A stretch of DNA of 64,000 nucleotides from Amoebophrya sp. A120 (taxonomy: Eukaryota; Protista; Dinoflagellata), in NCBI GenBank assembly GCA_905178155.1, contig CAJINV010000002.1:303713-367712 (forward strand), in the 5' to 3' direction. Numbering within the stretch: the stretch's first letter is position 1; every line of letters begins with the position of its first letter. The notes under the pieces were generated by a model that worked only from the letters and a program-made list of their open reading frames with translations, was not told the DNA's origin and did not search any database. Positions 36,696-47,842 of the stretch are shown here, piece after piece. The position numbers and the translations under genes are program-made.

Positions 36696-38299
36696 TTACA
36701 CCAAATGTTCCCCTAGCGCCATCCACATGTTATTCAGGGTAAGACTTTTCGTTCGACCATGCTGTGTGAGTTGACGTTGAATCTCCAGGAGCTTGTCTTT
36801 GTGCTCCGAATCGTTCTCGATTGCCATGGCCGGTCTGGCAACATCGGCGTTGGTGTACTGCAAATTCAGCGGAAAGTAGTCTTTGTACACCTCCACTAGA
36901 CGCTGATTCACGAGCTCTTCGAAAAACACGAAGTCCCTGGGCTGTATGGAAGGGTCATATTCGAAATCGACAAAGTTAAAATTATAATTTGTTGTGTTTT
37001 TTTTATTCATGCACCAAATGCATTGTGGCACAAAGCGCGTGCTCTCTTGCAGAGAAGGCAATTGGGGGCGATCGTACGCCTGTACGGGGTTCGAGATCAC
37101 ACAGAAATGCTAAAGAAGCATGATAGAAGCAATCTTGGTCTTCTTTGCCCAAACAGCATGACAAACTGGATCTAGGTGCTACCAAAATTTGTCATGCGCC
37201 GGCGCGTAGAAATTGGGCTCTAATCGGAGGCATCGACTTTACGCATCGCAGACATTTTCGACTTTGTCAACTTCGACCGTGATGCGTCCATAAGGTCTCC
37301 TCCGTCCCCATTCGGCAGGTCGGTGGACGGGAACGGCTGGCCTCTCGAAAGGTCGCGTTCCGCGCGCTTGCCGCCGATGGCGAGGCCAGGGTTGCGCCGG
37401 TGCAAGATGTCCTCCTTCGATAATTATGAAACGAGTAGAAACATATTTCCCAGGACCGCAGCTGCACAGCTTTTCAACATCTGATAAAATAGTCATGATA
37501 ATGGCTGCACTACAAAATTTTACCCCCCCTACAACACGAGAAAGAGCATGTTAAACCGGAGTTGTCAGTCTTAGTGCGTAGCAGAGCAGGCGCATTGGTG
37601 GCTACTTTCGCGTGCACAGATCAGTTGCGACCTGCCGTTGCGGCCTCTCGTGAGATGAGTTGCTTTATTGCCGAAACTTGTAGTACTTCTACTTCGCTGC
37701 CGAGAAACGGTTCTGGTGTTATACGTGAGGTTCGCATTTCATAACCCTCCGTGCTGAGCCCTCTCGGGCGTTCCTGGACGACTTTGCCCTGCTCGCTGAC
37801 AACCACGCTTGGCGGAGCGGGGTACTTCTTCTAATGTCGGATAACAAGCCTCGGCCCCGAGCAGAGGCGATGGGACGTACGGCATGCCCAGAAATTCCGA
37901 AGATAAAAAGGACGCGCCCGCGTAGGAACCACCCGCAGGAGAGGGAGCTGGTGCTGCAGCGGACGACGACGAGGCAGAAGACCCACCAAAGGGATAGCCA
38001 GGTGCCGGCTGCGCCATCTCGACGTCGCCGTGCGCAACGGGGATAGTTGTCGCAGGCTCCATCAATGTGTCCTCATCATCGCTGTTATCAGGGACAGGAA
38101 CTTCCGCCGCAGCAAGCAGTCGCAGGCGTGCGGTCTCGGCACTAGGTGCGCGGCGTTTATTATTCCCGGAGGACCCTCGAGTTGCCAACACCCGAACCGC
38201 GTTTGCGGAGAGGGGAAAGAACAGCGAGGCGGCAACAACCACCGTGGCGGAGCACAGACCGGCAACGCGACGAGGAGAAAAAACTGCTGGGCCGGCCAT
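36696..38299 (-). CDS. Putative secreted protein with C-terminal YK..FPLN family domain; 2 introns
   Basis: Signal-like VVVAASLFFPLSANA. Removing 37425-37743 and 36945-37292 (plus 5 nt each) gives ...DGGDLRDFVFFEELVNQRLVEVYKDYFPLN...TKSLTLNNM, matching paralogs. Confidence 0.7.
36945..37292. mobile_element. Introner element family G (diverged)
   Basis: TATGGAAGGGTCATATTCGAAATCGACAAAG / CTTTGTCAACTTCGACCGTGATGCGTCCATA. Confidence 0.8.
37425..37743. other. Old degenerate introner-derived intron
   Basis: TATGAAA...TTTCATA ends; removal plus 5 nt joins GG|SKEDILH in frame. Confidence 0.55.
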
Positions 38300-39372
38300 T
38301 TTTACGAATTTGTATTTCTTGGATCGGTATAGCTACAGTAAAGTACGAAATGAATTCGTACGAAGAAAGTAGCCCTCCTGATGAAGTACGTTGCGAGAAA
38401 ACCAAAGAAGGGGAAAAACGAGCGAATTTATGTGTACGTCAAGACCACGGGCTTGGAAAGTAGATGTTAGGCGAAAAACTGATTTCAATTAGCAGAACAA
38501 GTGTGTAGTAACGCGTCTTCGTAAATGTTTGCGTGCAGTCGAACTGGAAAAGACCTAAAGTTTTGCGAGTGCAACTTGTATGTTGAGTGGTATTTGTACT
38601 GTATAGTTGTAGTCTTCACGAGCGCGGCAGTTTGCAGTTGTACTTGTTGTAGTTGGCAGAAGAAAATATGTTTTCCAGATTTTCGAATCTCTGTATTTAT
38701 GTGAAGTCAAAGTAGAACGCTGACCAGCAACATTCACGACAGTGTGCTTCCGATTTTTGGCCACAAAGACCACGATGGGAAAGCTTCTTACGCCGAGCCC
38801 CAAAACTACTTCCAAAACAGATCTTGATTGACATTTTATTGCTGCCTTTTATTTTCCATTAGTGCCGATCTTTGATTTGTATTTGTTATTATGATGATCT
38901 CAGTGGACATTGCGCCGCCAAGTTATTTCCATTTGCATCGTCGATTTGTGTTCCACTTTCGTTCCACCACGAAGTAGCCTTTGGCCTCTGTAGAGCCAAC
39001 TGTTGCTTTCCGAAAAAATGCGAGTTGGATTTCCTGTTGTGTGATCTGCTCATTAGGTCGCACACGATTGCATTTATGAACCGAGTCGGTCTGCTCGACA
39101 TATTGGATCCGATCCTCATAAAAGCAGCAGTATGACCAAGGTTTTCCTGCGCACCGGGACTGAATTGATCATGTCTTTGATGCGATAAAAACGGAAGAAG
39201 GATCTTCTGGGCAATTTATGGTCCTTGTTGTCCTGGATCTTTTTCTTCAAGCTTCCAGCCTCATCGGCCAACCGAACAAAACCGCACACACGGCATGAAG
39301 AGAAAGAAACAACATGTTCATTATGTGCGAATCATGAAAGGTTGAAGGTAGAGGTTGAAGGCTGTTTACAAG

Positions 39373-40533
39373 ATGGCTGCTTCGTCGTTTTCGTCTCTCA
39401 GCCCTCAGCGGATGAAGGGCGCAGTGGTGCACACTGTCCCGCTCAAAGGGTACGGCTTCATCCGCCCTACGGCTGCCAGCTGTCGGGATGGAGATTTTTT
39501 CTTCCACTTCTCACATGTCAACTTCATTCCTGCATATGGGATCAGCGTCAACTTCATTCCAGTCGAGGGCAAGCCGGGCAAGGGGATGTGTGCCCGGTAC
39601 GTTCGCCGTGAGGAAGTACATGTCGCCGCTGATGACGCAGACCAGACCGCTGGCGTTTCTCCAACACAGCGCGAGGCCCTGGAGAGGGTGGGACACAATG
39701 TGGCCGATGTGATCCCGCGTGAGATGCTGGCCCTCTACGAGAAAATGAAAACCATGCCAGAAATTGCGGCCCGCTACGAGAAAGGCTTGGTCGAGAAGAT
39801 GCACTCCATCACCAAGCTCGAGGAACGGGTCACCAAGGTGGAGGAGGCCGTGGAGGGCTTCTCCAAGAACCTCAGCGAAGGGACCGCCACCGCGTTCAGC
39901 ACGACGCTGCTGCCGCAGGTCACCACGCTCCTCGAGGCCTTCAGCGGCAGCGCCAAGAACGGCAAGCCAGTGAAGGGGCAGGCCTTGGGTGACTCTGACA
40001 AGGGGCGACCGGGCAGCTTCGACATCGTAGCGACGCTTGCCGATGGCGCCGACTGCGAGAAGGAGACGCAGAGCAGCAAGACTGGCCGCAGCGTGCCCAG
40101 CTTTGACCAGTCCAAAACTTTTAGCACCGAGGCAGGTCCTTCTCCACTTTCTGCGGCAGCCGTGCGATTTCCTTCTTCCGCGAAGTTGCAGACCTTGAGC
40201 AAGTCCCGACCCGCCACTGGGGCCAGCCGAATGAAGCCAACTGCCGGAACCATTGCGCCGGAAAGTGGAAGCGGGTCTCCGACTGACGTGGCGACTGGTA
40301 CTGCTTCGACTTCGACCCCGGAGCTGGTGTCGCCCTCTATGTCGACGGTCTCTTCACTGCAGAAGGGGCCCAGCTCGCTGTGTGTGGGAAAAAGCGTGAC
40401 TGTTCAGCGTGAAGGTGCCGGTCGCGGCGAAGGAGCGCTTTCGGGTGAGGAGGATTTGCTGCTCTCCAGCCCCTTTGCAGACGAAATCATGGAGATTACC
40501 TACTTACGGAAGAAACAGGGGGTGGGCACGTGA
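39373..40533 (+). CDS. Cold-shock-domain protein (N-terminal CSD, coiled coil, disordered tail), intronless
   Basis: MKGAVVHTVPLKGYGFIRP...GDFFFHFSHV...VNFIPVEGKPGKGMCARYV carries RNP1 KGYGFI and RNP2-like FFHFS; heptads SITKLEERVTKVEEAV. Confidence 0.8.
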   Translation: MAASSFSSLSPQRMKGAVVHTVPLKGYGFIRPTAASCRDGDFFFHFSHVNFIPAYGISVNFIPVEGKPGKGMCARYVRREEVHVAADDADQTAGVSPTQREALERVGHNVADVIPREMLALYEKMKTMPEIAARYEKGLVEKMHSITKLEERVTKVEEAVEGFSKNLSEGTATAFSTTLLPQVTTLLEAFSGSAKNGKPVKGQALGDSDKGRPGSFDIVATLADGADCEKETQSSKTGRSVPSFDQSKTFSTEAGPSPLSAAAVRFPSSAKLQTLSKSRPATGASRMKPTAGTIAPESGSGSPTDVATGTASTSTPELVSPSMSTVSSLQKGPSSLCVGKSVTVQREGAGRGEGALSGEEDLLLSSPFADEIMEITYLRKKQGVGT

Positions 40534-40878
40534 GTTTGGGACCTGGATCTAGTTGCTATCTTCTAGCCGATTTCTTCGCTATTTCCTTTTGTTTTCAATT
40601 TTCATTCAGGAGCAGTATTCGTCTTTTCCATTTGTCTGTAGGTTGCTGTTGTTGTTTATTTTCATCTGTAATTAGGCTATCGCCATTACGACTACTGTAA
40701 GTAGGTAGGGTTTTCATCTCTCTGGAAGTAGGTAGGTTGGGCCATCGCTATCGCTGTTTTTTCCCACTGTTGTTTGTTTGTTGGTTGGTTGCTGATGTTG
40801 CCATGATGTTTCGCGACCAGACCGTCGGGCCCTCACCACGATTTTGGTGTGTGGCCTCGATGGTGGAACGCGCAGTTT

Positions 40879-40900
40879 TCCGTAGCCATTTTGGCTCAAG
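40879..40900 (+). other. Exact dinoflagellate spliced-leader sequence (genomic SL relic)
   Basis: TCCGTAGCCATTTTGGCTCAAG matches DCCGTAGCCATTTTGGCTCAAG at 22/22; followed by GA, not the GT donor of an SL RNA gene. Confidence 0.9.
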
Positions 40901-43436
40901 GAGCCTAACTTAGTAGAAACCTGTCGAGAGCGGGGCCCTCTGCACGGGGCCCCTGGAGAGTATGTGTAGGCAGCCGGGTGCAGCCGGCTGCGCCCTAGAT
41001 TCATTTAGGCTACAAGGGAAAGTCACCGCCGTCCCCCCCAAGTTGGTTCCATCCGGCACCACCGTGCAGCTCTGTGACCCGAGGGAGAAAGTCACCAGCG
41101 CCAATCTCCAATCTCCGGCAGCATCTAGTGCCAGGCCGTGCAGCAACAAGGGCAAGCACGACGCGGCCGGTGGGGGTTTCTCCCTCCACCGCCAGAGGCA
41201 TTGTGGCGCATACCGACCTCACCAAGACCTCCGCGCACCCCGGCTACGATCGGCGCGTCGGAATTGCGGCGACTGGCTACCCCGCAAAACCTCCTTCCTA
41301 GGCTAATTCGCACTCCGGAAGATCCTCGACGACGGTGGCCTGTTGTATGGCGCAAGCCGCCTGCCCCCGCAGGAGAACTTTCTCTTCGCGGCGTTTTTCA
41401 AAGATTTCTGGAAACCATACCTGCGAGAAGGACACTCTGATCGCAAAGATTCTGGAAGGCACGGGCGTGCAGTACTTTCTGGGCCAGGCTCGGGATGCCA
41501 AACGTGACGACGACTCTGTCGTCGGGGGTGTGTATGCAATGTTTGCGTGAAGTGGAGTATGGATGAACTTAATTAATTGTTTGCTTTAGTTTTTGTCATG
41601 CGTGATGTGTTTTTATAATTGCATTTGCATTGACTTTTGAGAGAACGTGCTTACGTGATCCTCTTCTTTGTTTCTTCGGTTCTATCCTGTCATCGTGCCT
41701 CAAAAAATCACCAATGTCAGGTATACTCGAGCACCACACGCGTCGCGACTGTTATGGAACTGGGACAAGCGACGGAACGAATGGCCACGGACGCGCTGCG
41801 CTTGGCGCTGCCTTCCTCGACGACGCTTGGCGCTTCCTGTGCTGCGGGGTCTTGCGCGGACACGTTCCGCGCCTTTGATGATGATGAAGCTGTGGGCAGC
41901 AAGGCTCCTGGCGAAAAAACTCTGTAAAGTGTGCGCGACGAGAAAAGAAAGAAGGCAAAGCGGGCGGCGTTAGTAGTAGTAGTAAAGTTAAAAAGGAGCT
42001 TTAGTGCTAGGTAGTTTTCGTACCCGGCGGTGTTCAGACCAAGAAGTGATAGATACACGTTTACTAGCGCTCCTGTTGTGGCAGGAATTAAACGTAGGAA
42101 CTAACACACCGACCGGCGGTAGATAAACAGGGATGCTTAGAATTTGGCCTGCGGGCATAGAATAGTCCATCCCTCACACTGCTGTTGCGCCAGCAGATGT
42201 GGCGACAGGCGTGGCGTTCGCGGGAAGCCTCATGACGAGGATAGTTAGTTTTGTATGGCGGTCCATGTGACTGCAGTGCCGTGGCCGTCACTTTGCCTGC
42301 TCGTGTAGTACATTCCGCATAGCGCCCACCTTCGACGATTACAAATATTCGTAGCGCAAAAGACCTCCGTGCGGATCGTTGGCACTAGTAGCGCCCTAGA
42401 CACCTCGGCCAAAGATGAAGAAGGTGGTAAATTTGTATACGTAAAGCAAAAAAAAGCTCCAGCTGCTCCAACGTTTCCGTTTCCAAAAAAAGTGAAAAAG
42501 TAAGTAGATCGTAAATTCCTATCGGCGAGTCCAGTGTAGTCGAGGGCGTCCCCACCTGTGTGCGAGTATATCTCCACTCGGGGAAAGAAGCGCCCGTGTG
42601 GGCCGGGCGGTTTCGATGCACTAGGGAAGTTTGGTAGAGGGGTTAAGGGTACTATCGGAAAACAAAAAAGAAAGACAAGTGATCCAGGCCGAGGTGATAT
42701 TGCATGCAGTAGTTAGGAACTTGCATACTAGGACCAAATAGTTGTAAGTGACTGATAACTTAGACAGGGTTTTAGGGTTAAAGACGTGGTGCTCCCGTCA
42801 GGCGCGTGAAGTTATTTCGTTGGCCAAGTATAAGACTGCCGGCGTTCTTGTCGGGTTCATGGCCTATTTTCCCAGCCCCACCCAGTAAGCATGAATTTCA
42901 GGCCGGGGTTTGTATGATCACGTGGGGGGAGGACAAGTTCGTCGTTAGCCGCCTCTACTAGAACTTAGTATGCGTGGTCAAGTTATAGCTCATGAATAGC
43001 TCCAGCTGCACTCTTAAAGTTCTGGAACGCCGCCCCGCAGCCAAGCCAAGCCAAGACCTTTCTGATTCTGATTCTGACCAGCGGTGTTACAAGAGGACTT
43101 GTACCCTAAAACTTTACTTCACTTGCTCCTGTCATCAAAACTGCTCTAGGGGGGTCCGGTCGCCTCCAAACCAGTCTTTTGAATAGGTCCCCTGCTCAGG
43201 TCGGGCCCCACACTCCAATTCCAGTGCCATATCTTTAAATACCATATATCCTGCATTCACATTAAAATTTCAAAAATCGTACATGTTGTAGGGACTTTCA
43301 ATCTTACATCTTATAGCATCACAAATTCGAAAAAGGTTCTTCAAAATGTTTGAAAACCTTACAAAACAACTCGTCGTCGTTTTGAACCAACTACTGTAGT
43401 GTTGTCCTATATTTCATCGTAGTGCGTATTACTTAA

Positions 43437-43739
43437 TTACGAATCGGAGTCGAGCCATGATCGTAACCGGGCAAGCACCGTACTCATATTCTGCAGCGTG
43501 AAACTCTGTGTCCCGTACCCAAAAAGCTGGACTCGCCCGTGGTCGTGGATGGCGAGGACGTCTCGCAGTGCACACAAATCGCTTTTGTCCGCGGGCGAAA
43601 TACTTGCCGTGAGCTCTGCGTTTGTGGGAAATTTACCGACGTACGCGTCGTTCTTATACAACGCAAAGTGTTCTATTTTGTACACTCTAACCAAGCCGTA
43701 ACTGAAGGCCACTGACCTATCCCGAAACCCCGAAGCCAC
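43437..43739 (-). pseudogene. Fragment of the YK..FPLN family domain
   Basis: YGLVRVYKIEHFAL...DKSDLCALRDVLAIHDHGRVQLFGYGTQSFTLQNMSTVLARL aligns to the C-terminus of 47084-47842; no N-terminus. Confidence 0.6.
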
Positions 43740-43766
43740 GGCTTGGATTTTTCCTATTAACTTCCT

Positions 43767-43900
43767 TTAACCTCCGAGCAAGCCGCTTAAGCCGAGCTTG
43801 GTAAGCACCTTACTCATATTTTGCAGCGTAGCACTTGGTGTCCCCTCTTTGTTCCCGAGCCTGCCAACATGGTAGTCGTGATGTCCGGCGAGGTATCCAG
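43767..43900 (-). pseudogene. C-terminal fragment of the same family
   Basis: LAGHHDYHVGRLGNKEGTPSATLQNMSKVLTKL. Confidence 0.5.
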
Positions 43901-44892
43901 TGCAATAAACATCCTGTCTCGGACAACTGGAGGGAGAACCAGGATGCAAATTTGATGTGCTGCTGGCAGCTCTACTGTCGTGTGAGACAGAACTCCAACT
44001 CATCTGCACTGTTCGTTTCTATAGACTGCAAAAGCCTCTGCAGGTTTTGGTATTTCAGCTTCAGCACTGAGTACATAGAGCTTTGCCTTCTCAAAGTAGA
44101 ACGTCTACCTCGTGATGTAAGGTTCTTGTATCTACTTCGGCACGCATAAAAATTCCACTAGAGCAACTTCTCCTGGTACCTTGGCTTTCGAAGTCGTGCT
44201 ATATTGCATGAGCATGACAGCTGCCAACATCTCGTCTTGCATTCTTTTCCCCACCACCAGTTCTCACGCCGGGACATCAAGACGAATCTTGCAGTGGATA
44301 CGAGAGAATCGTGGAGTAGCCGCAGGACCCCTTTGTCGTCGTCCGTGATTTTGTCGAGCGAAGTCCGCGGCGCTTTGTCTACGTAGTTGTCGTTCAACGG
44401 AAAAAACTTCTTGTACACTTCAATCAAGCCGTCTGAGGCCACTGACCTGAAAAAATTCTGATCCGCCTCGCAGCCACCGTCGCCTGGAGGCAGCTCGTAA
44501 CCATCCGGAATCAAATTTCTTTACATTTCGGTGTCAACATCCATCATGATCTCCGGAGGTAGGTTGTTGAGCACGGCGGGCGGGGGCACAGGCACAGCAG
44601 ATGTTGTACTTGGAGGGTCAAGTTGCACTCGTCCTAGTTCTTCATAATTTCCTTGGTCGTGGAGGCTACAAGGGTAATTGAAAGCTGAAGGACTTATTTC
44701 TATGCCTCTCTGGTCGTGCCTTTCTAGTTCTACTGCGTCCGCCATCGAAAGAGTCGTACTTCTATCCCTGATGTCCCTTCGCTGGGCCGCTGCGGTTTTT
44801 CTACGTCGGGCGGACGGGTCGTGGAAAGAAGTAGACGAGCTGCCAGCTGCGCCGGAAGTAGTAGAGGACGTCGCAAGAAAGCGCTTCTCCTC

Positions 44893-45152
44893 TATGCATT
44901 GCAAATATGTCTGGGTCTGGAAAAAAGCAACTTGTCATGGTAAATCTGAAGCATGGAAAAATCTGTGTTGCATGAGGGCCAAAAGCTGTCCACTTTTGAC
45001 CAAGTTGGAAGGGAGTTTCTCATGCAGGATAGGCATGGCAGAGACCTCGCAGAATCTGTCATGCTAAGTCCCAGACTCAGACCTCATGGGTCATGGAAAA
45101 TCTGCATGACAAGTCTGCATTCTTTGAGACCCAGACATATTTGCCTTTGATA
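44893..45152. mobile_element. Introner element family A
   Basis: Perfect TSD TCCTC. Confidence 0.92.
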
Positions 45153-45231
45153 TCCTCCCCAATCAAGCCAAACCTTGCCAGCTTGCTGGGCTGCGTGTCG
45201 CCGTCGCCACGAATTGCTAGTTTGCGCAAAA

Positions 45232-45397
45232 TATCCTGTGCAAAAGTATCCGATACTCGTAGTAATTATCGCAGTCATGCATTACAAGTTTCGCTTTCGT
45301 TCTCAAGTTCAATCCGCGTTACAAATTTCATTTCTCATGCTGAGGAAATTTGTCATGCGATTTATACCTAGTGGGCGCGATGCTTTTGCATTTCATA
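45232..45397. mobile_element. Introner element family B (copy at +7754)
   Basis: TSD CAAAA/GAAAA. Confidence 0.9.
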
Positions 45398-45426
45398 GAA
45401 AACCTTCTCTCGTTCTGGTTCGGTAA

Positions 45427-45571
45427 TATGCAGTGCAAAAGTATCGTACTCGTATAAATGCATTACAAATTTCCTCAGCATGACAAATAAAATTTGTGAT
45501 GCTGATTTACCTTAAGAACAAGATTTGTAATGCATGATTGCAATACGAGTACGATGCTTTTGCAGTTCATA
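45427..45571. mobile_element. Introner element family B (copy at +7754)
   Basis: Perfect TSD GGTAA. Confidence 0.92.
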
Positions 45572-45620
45572 GGTAAGTTCTTCCACCCAACTGTCCACCC
45601 AATGCGCCAGATGACCTCCT

Positions 45621-45832
45621 TATCCAAGAAAAAAACGTTGTTAGAAGTGTAAATTTGTGATGCGCAACATGCAAAAAGATTGCGTCTGTCATGCTTGGCA
45701 TGCGTCGTAGGGTTCAGTAAAGGACGTTTTCACGTAGTATCTGCGCATGACAGGTTTTTGCTGTCATGCCAGACGAATTTGTAATGCTGTTCCTCCAAAA
45801 AAGTAACACCTACAACGTTTTCTTCTTGGATA
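45621..45832. mobile_element. Introner element family C (copy at +7754)
   Basis: Perfect TSD CTCCT. Confidence 0.9.
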
Positions 45833-47083
45833 CTCCTTGAGGAGCACTGTCTTGATCTTCCCTTCCGCGGACAAGCATGCGCACTGCGTCTGCAGTTCCG
45901 ACTTTTCCGAAAATCAGCTGCGGCCCGAAGAGGAGCGAAGCTCCAAGAAAGTTGTACAAGAACCCTGTTGCTGTGAATAAGCTGGCGCAGCTGCTGCAGA
46001 CGCGACGAGAGACGGAAAGCGCCATTTTGGAGTCGGGAGGACGATAAAGCGTACGGAAGAAGATCGAAAACAAAGCGAATTTCTACTTGTTGAGGTCGTC
46101 GTATACTAAAGTTGCTATAAAACTTCAATTTTTGGCTGTTCTCTAGCCCTGGAAATAGGATAAAAACAGTTGTTGCAGTAGTAGATTTCGACGTAGTCCT
46201 CGCGCACCAGGACTAGAAAGACGTTTTTTACAGTTTTTATATCTCTAGAAGTAGAACCAACATCTTCAGACCATCGATGACAATAATCCAATTCTGTAGT
46301 TACACGTCCTGCGTGAGGTGATCCCATTCTGGGGTGCGCGAATTGCACCTGCACAACGTGTGTGGTGCGCGAATTACATCACGAATCTTTTCTTGCATTA
46401 CTTTTCTAGACCCAGGCATATTTGCATTTGCTTTTGCGCTGGATAGCTGGATACAAGATTTAGGACAAAAACATTGCGAAGAAGCTCCTTGTTAGGGCAA
46501 GACCTCTACTTTCTGATCTGGTGCTCCACGGGGGATCAATTACTTTCTGAGCTCTCCTCCTCCATTGCTCTACTTTCTGATTCTCATCTGCTCCGCGGGG
46601 GATCAATAAATTGCGTCAATTAGCTGCACTGTATTAATTCTCGAACACTACAACCGCGTTGGGAAAAATCCAGGCTCGAGCAGCACCCCAAATTTTTTCA
46701 CTTCTTGCTCCAAAAATTGCTCTAGGCTAGTATGTACCTGTTTCAAAAACTGCTTAGAAACTGCTGGCAACTGCCCAGTCAGCACATAAGCAAAGCAAAA
46801 TCGGTATTTTGTCGTTAATTTTCCGCGTAATTCCACCGCGGCTCCAGCTTCCTGAAGCTGAATTCGGTAGCTTTTGAAATTTGTTCTTGCGCAAGAACAA
46901 GTACACGCGCAAGTTACAGCCCTCTTTTCGTTCCTTTCGTCTTCAAGTGTGCAAAGGCTTTTTACCCACCCACACGATACAGATTCCACCCAGCATTACA
47001 AACAAAAATGGCATTCGATTTGTTGGTCCTCCTGCATTGCATTCCCGCCCAATTTACGGCTCTACGCTGGGCGGCGCAGGATC

Positions 47084-47842
47084 TCAACCTTCAAACCACC
47101 ACTGTAACCGAGCAAGCACCGCACTCATGTTCTTCAGCGTAACACTCTTTGTCGCCGTTCCGAGCTTGAGCCGGTAGTTGTGATGAGTGACGAGGCAGTC
47201 CCGCAGATCGCGGAGAACCCCCTTGTCCTGGGATGGAATCTCGCCAAGCTTCGCCTTGAGCTGTTGTGCGTTGCTCGGAAAAAAAAGATAGTTGTAGGGG
47301 TCGTTCAGAGGAAAGTGAAATTTGTAAACTGCAACCAAGCCGTCTGCAGCCATTGCCCGGAAGGCATGCTGATCCTCCAAGTCAGACCCGTCGCCACCTG
47401 TTGGAGACGTCATTACCGGGACTTCCCCATCCCAGCCGGGCAGATCGGTGTCTGGAATTTCGCTGTAGTTGTCGGTGTTCATCATCATCTGGTCGGCATG
47501 GTCTACTTCTACGTCCATCGCATTGGGATTTCCATCACTGGAGATGCGCGTAGCTCTTTGTCGACTCCGACTCCGACTCCGACGCCGCTCCCGATCATAA
47601 AGGTAAAGCTGTTCTTCCGGTACCTCTTCTACATGGAAAGTCCCTTGACGTCCACGACTTCCTTGCTGCCAATTCATTCGCACTGCATCTGCGGACATCA
47701 AGGCTTCTAGACAGAGCTGCGGCAAAAAGAACATCATGGGCGAGCCAAGAAAGACCTTTGATGCCGTCGTGGTGAAAAAGCTGATGAAGATCTTGCAGAC
47801 GCGACGAGAAATAACGGGAAGTGACCTCCCACGAATGACCAT
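47084..47842 (-). CDS. Putative secreted YK..FPLN family protein, intronless
   Basis: 252-aa ORF; N-terminus SRRVC...ADAVRM shared with the 46025 gene; DGLVAVYKFHFPLN...TKSVTLKNMSAVLARL. Confidence 0.75.
   Translation of the reverse strand: MVIRGRSLPVISRRVCKIFISFFTTTASKVFLGSPMMFFLPQLCLEALMSADAVRMNWQQGSRGRQGTFHVEEVPEEQLYLYDRERRRSRSRSRQRATRISSDGNPNAMDVEVDHADQMMMNTDNYSEIPDTDLPGWDGEVPVMTSPTGGDGSDLEDQHAFRAMAADGLVAVYKFHFPLNDPYNYLFFPSNAQQLKAKLGEIPSQDKGVLRDLRDCLVTHHNYRLKLGTATKSVTLKNMSAVLARLQWWFEG

Larger units (their letters stand above)
44158..46025 (-). pseudogene. Signal-peptide YK..FPLN family gene with 4 introners and an in-frame TAA at 44521
   Basis: MALSVSRRVC...TADAVRM...PQG|GHLAHW...LT|EPEREKVF|RKLA...IGE|EKRF...DTEM*RNLIPDG...DGLIEVYKKFFPLNDNY; C-terminus diverges. 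Confidence 0.7.

Noticed and set aside
42765-42780. Telomere-like TTTAGGG (also weak matches near 48560 and 49563)
   Set aside because: Only 1-2 imperfect units, as expected by chance
27103-44523. Stop-codon reassignment, suggested by an in-frame TAG near 27335 and TAA at 44521 (reassignment is reported for one Amoebophrya strain)
   Set aside because: Thousands of codons in the other genes have no internal stops and use CAA/CAG for Gln; isolated stops fit pseudogenisation or sequence error
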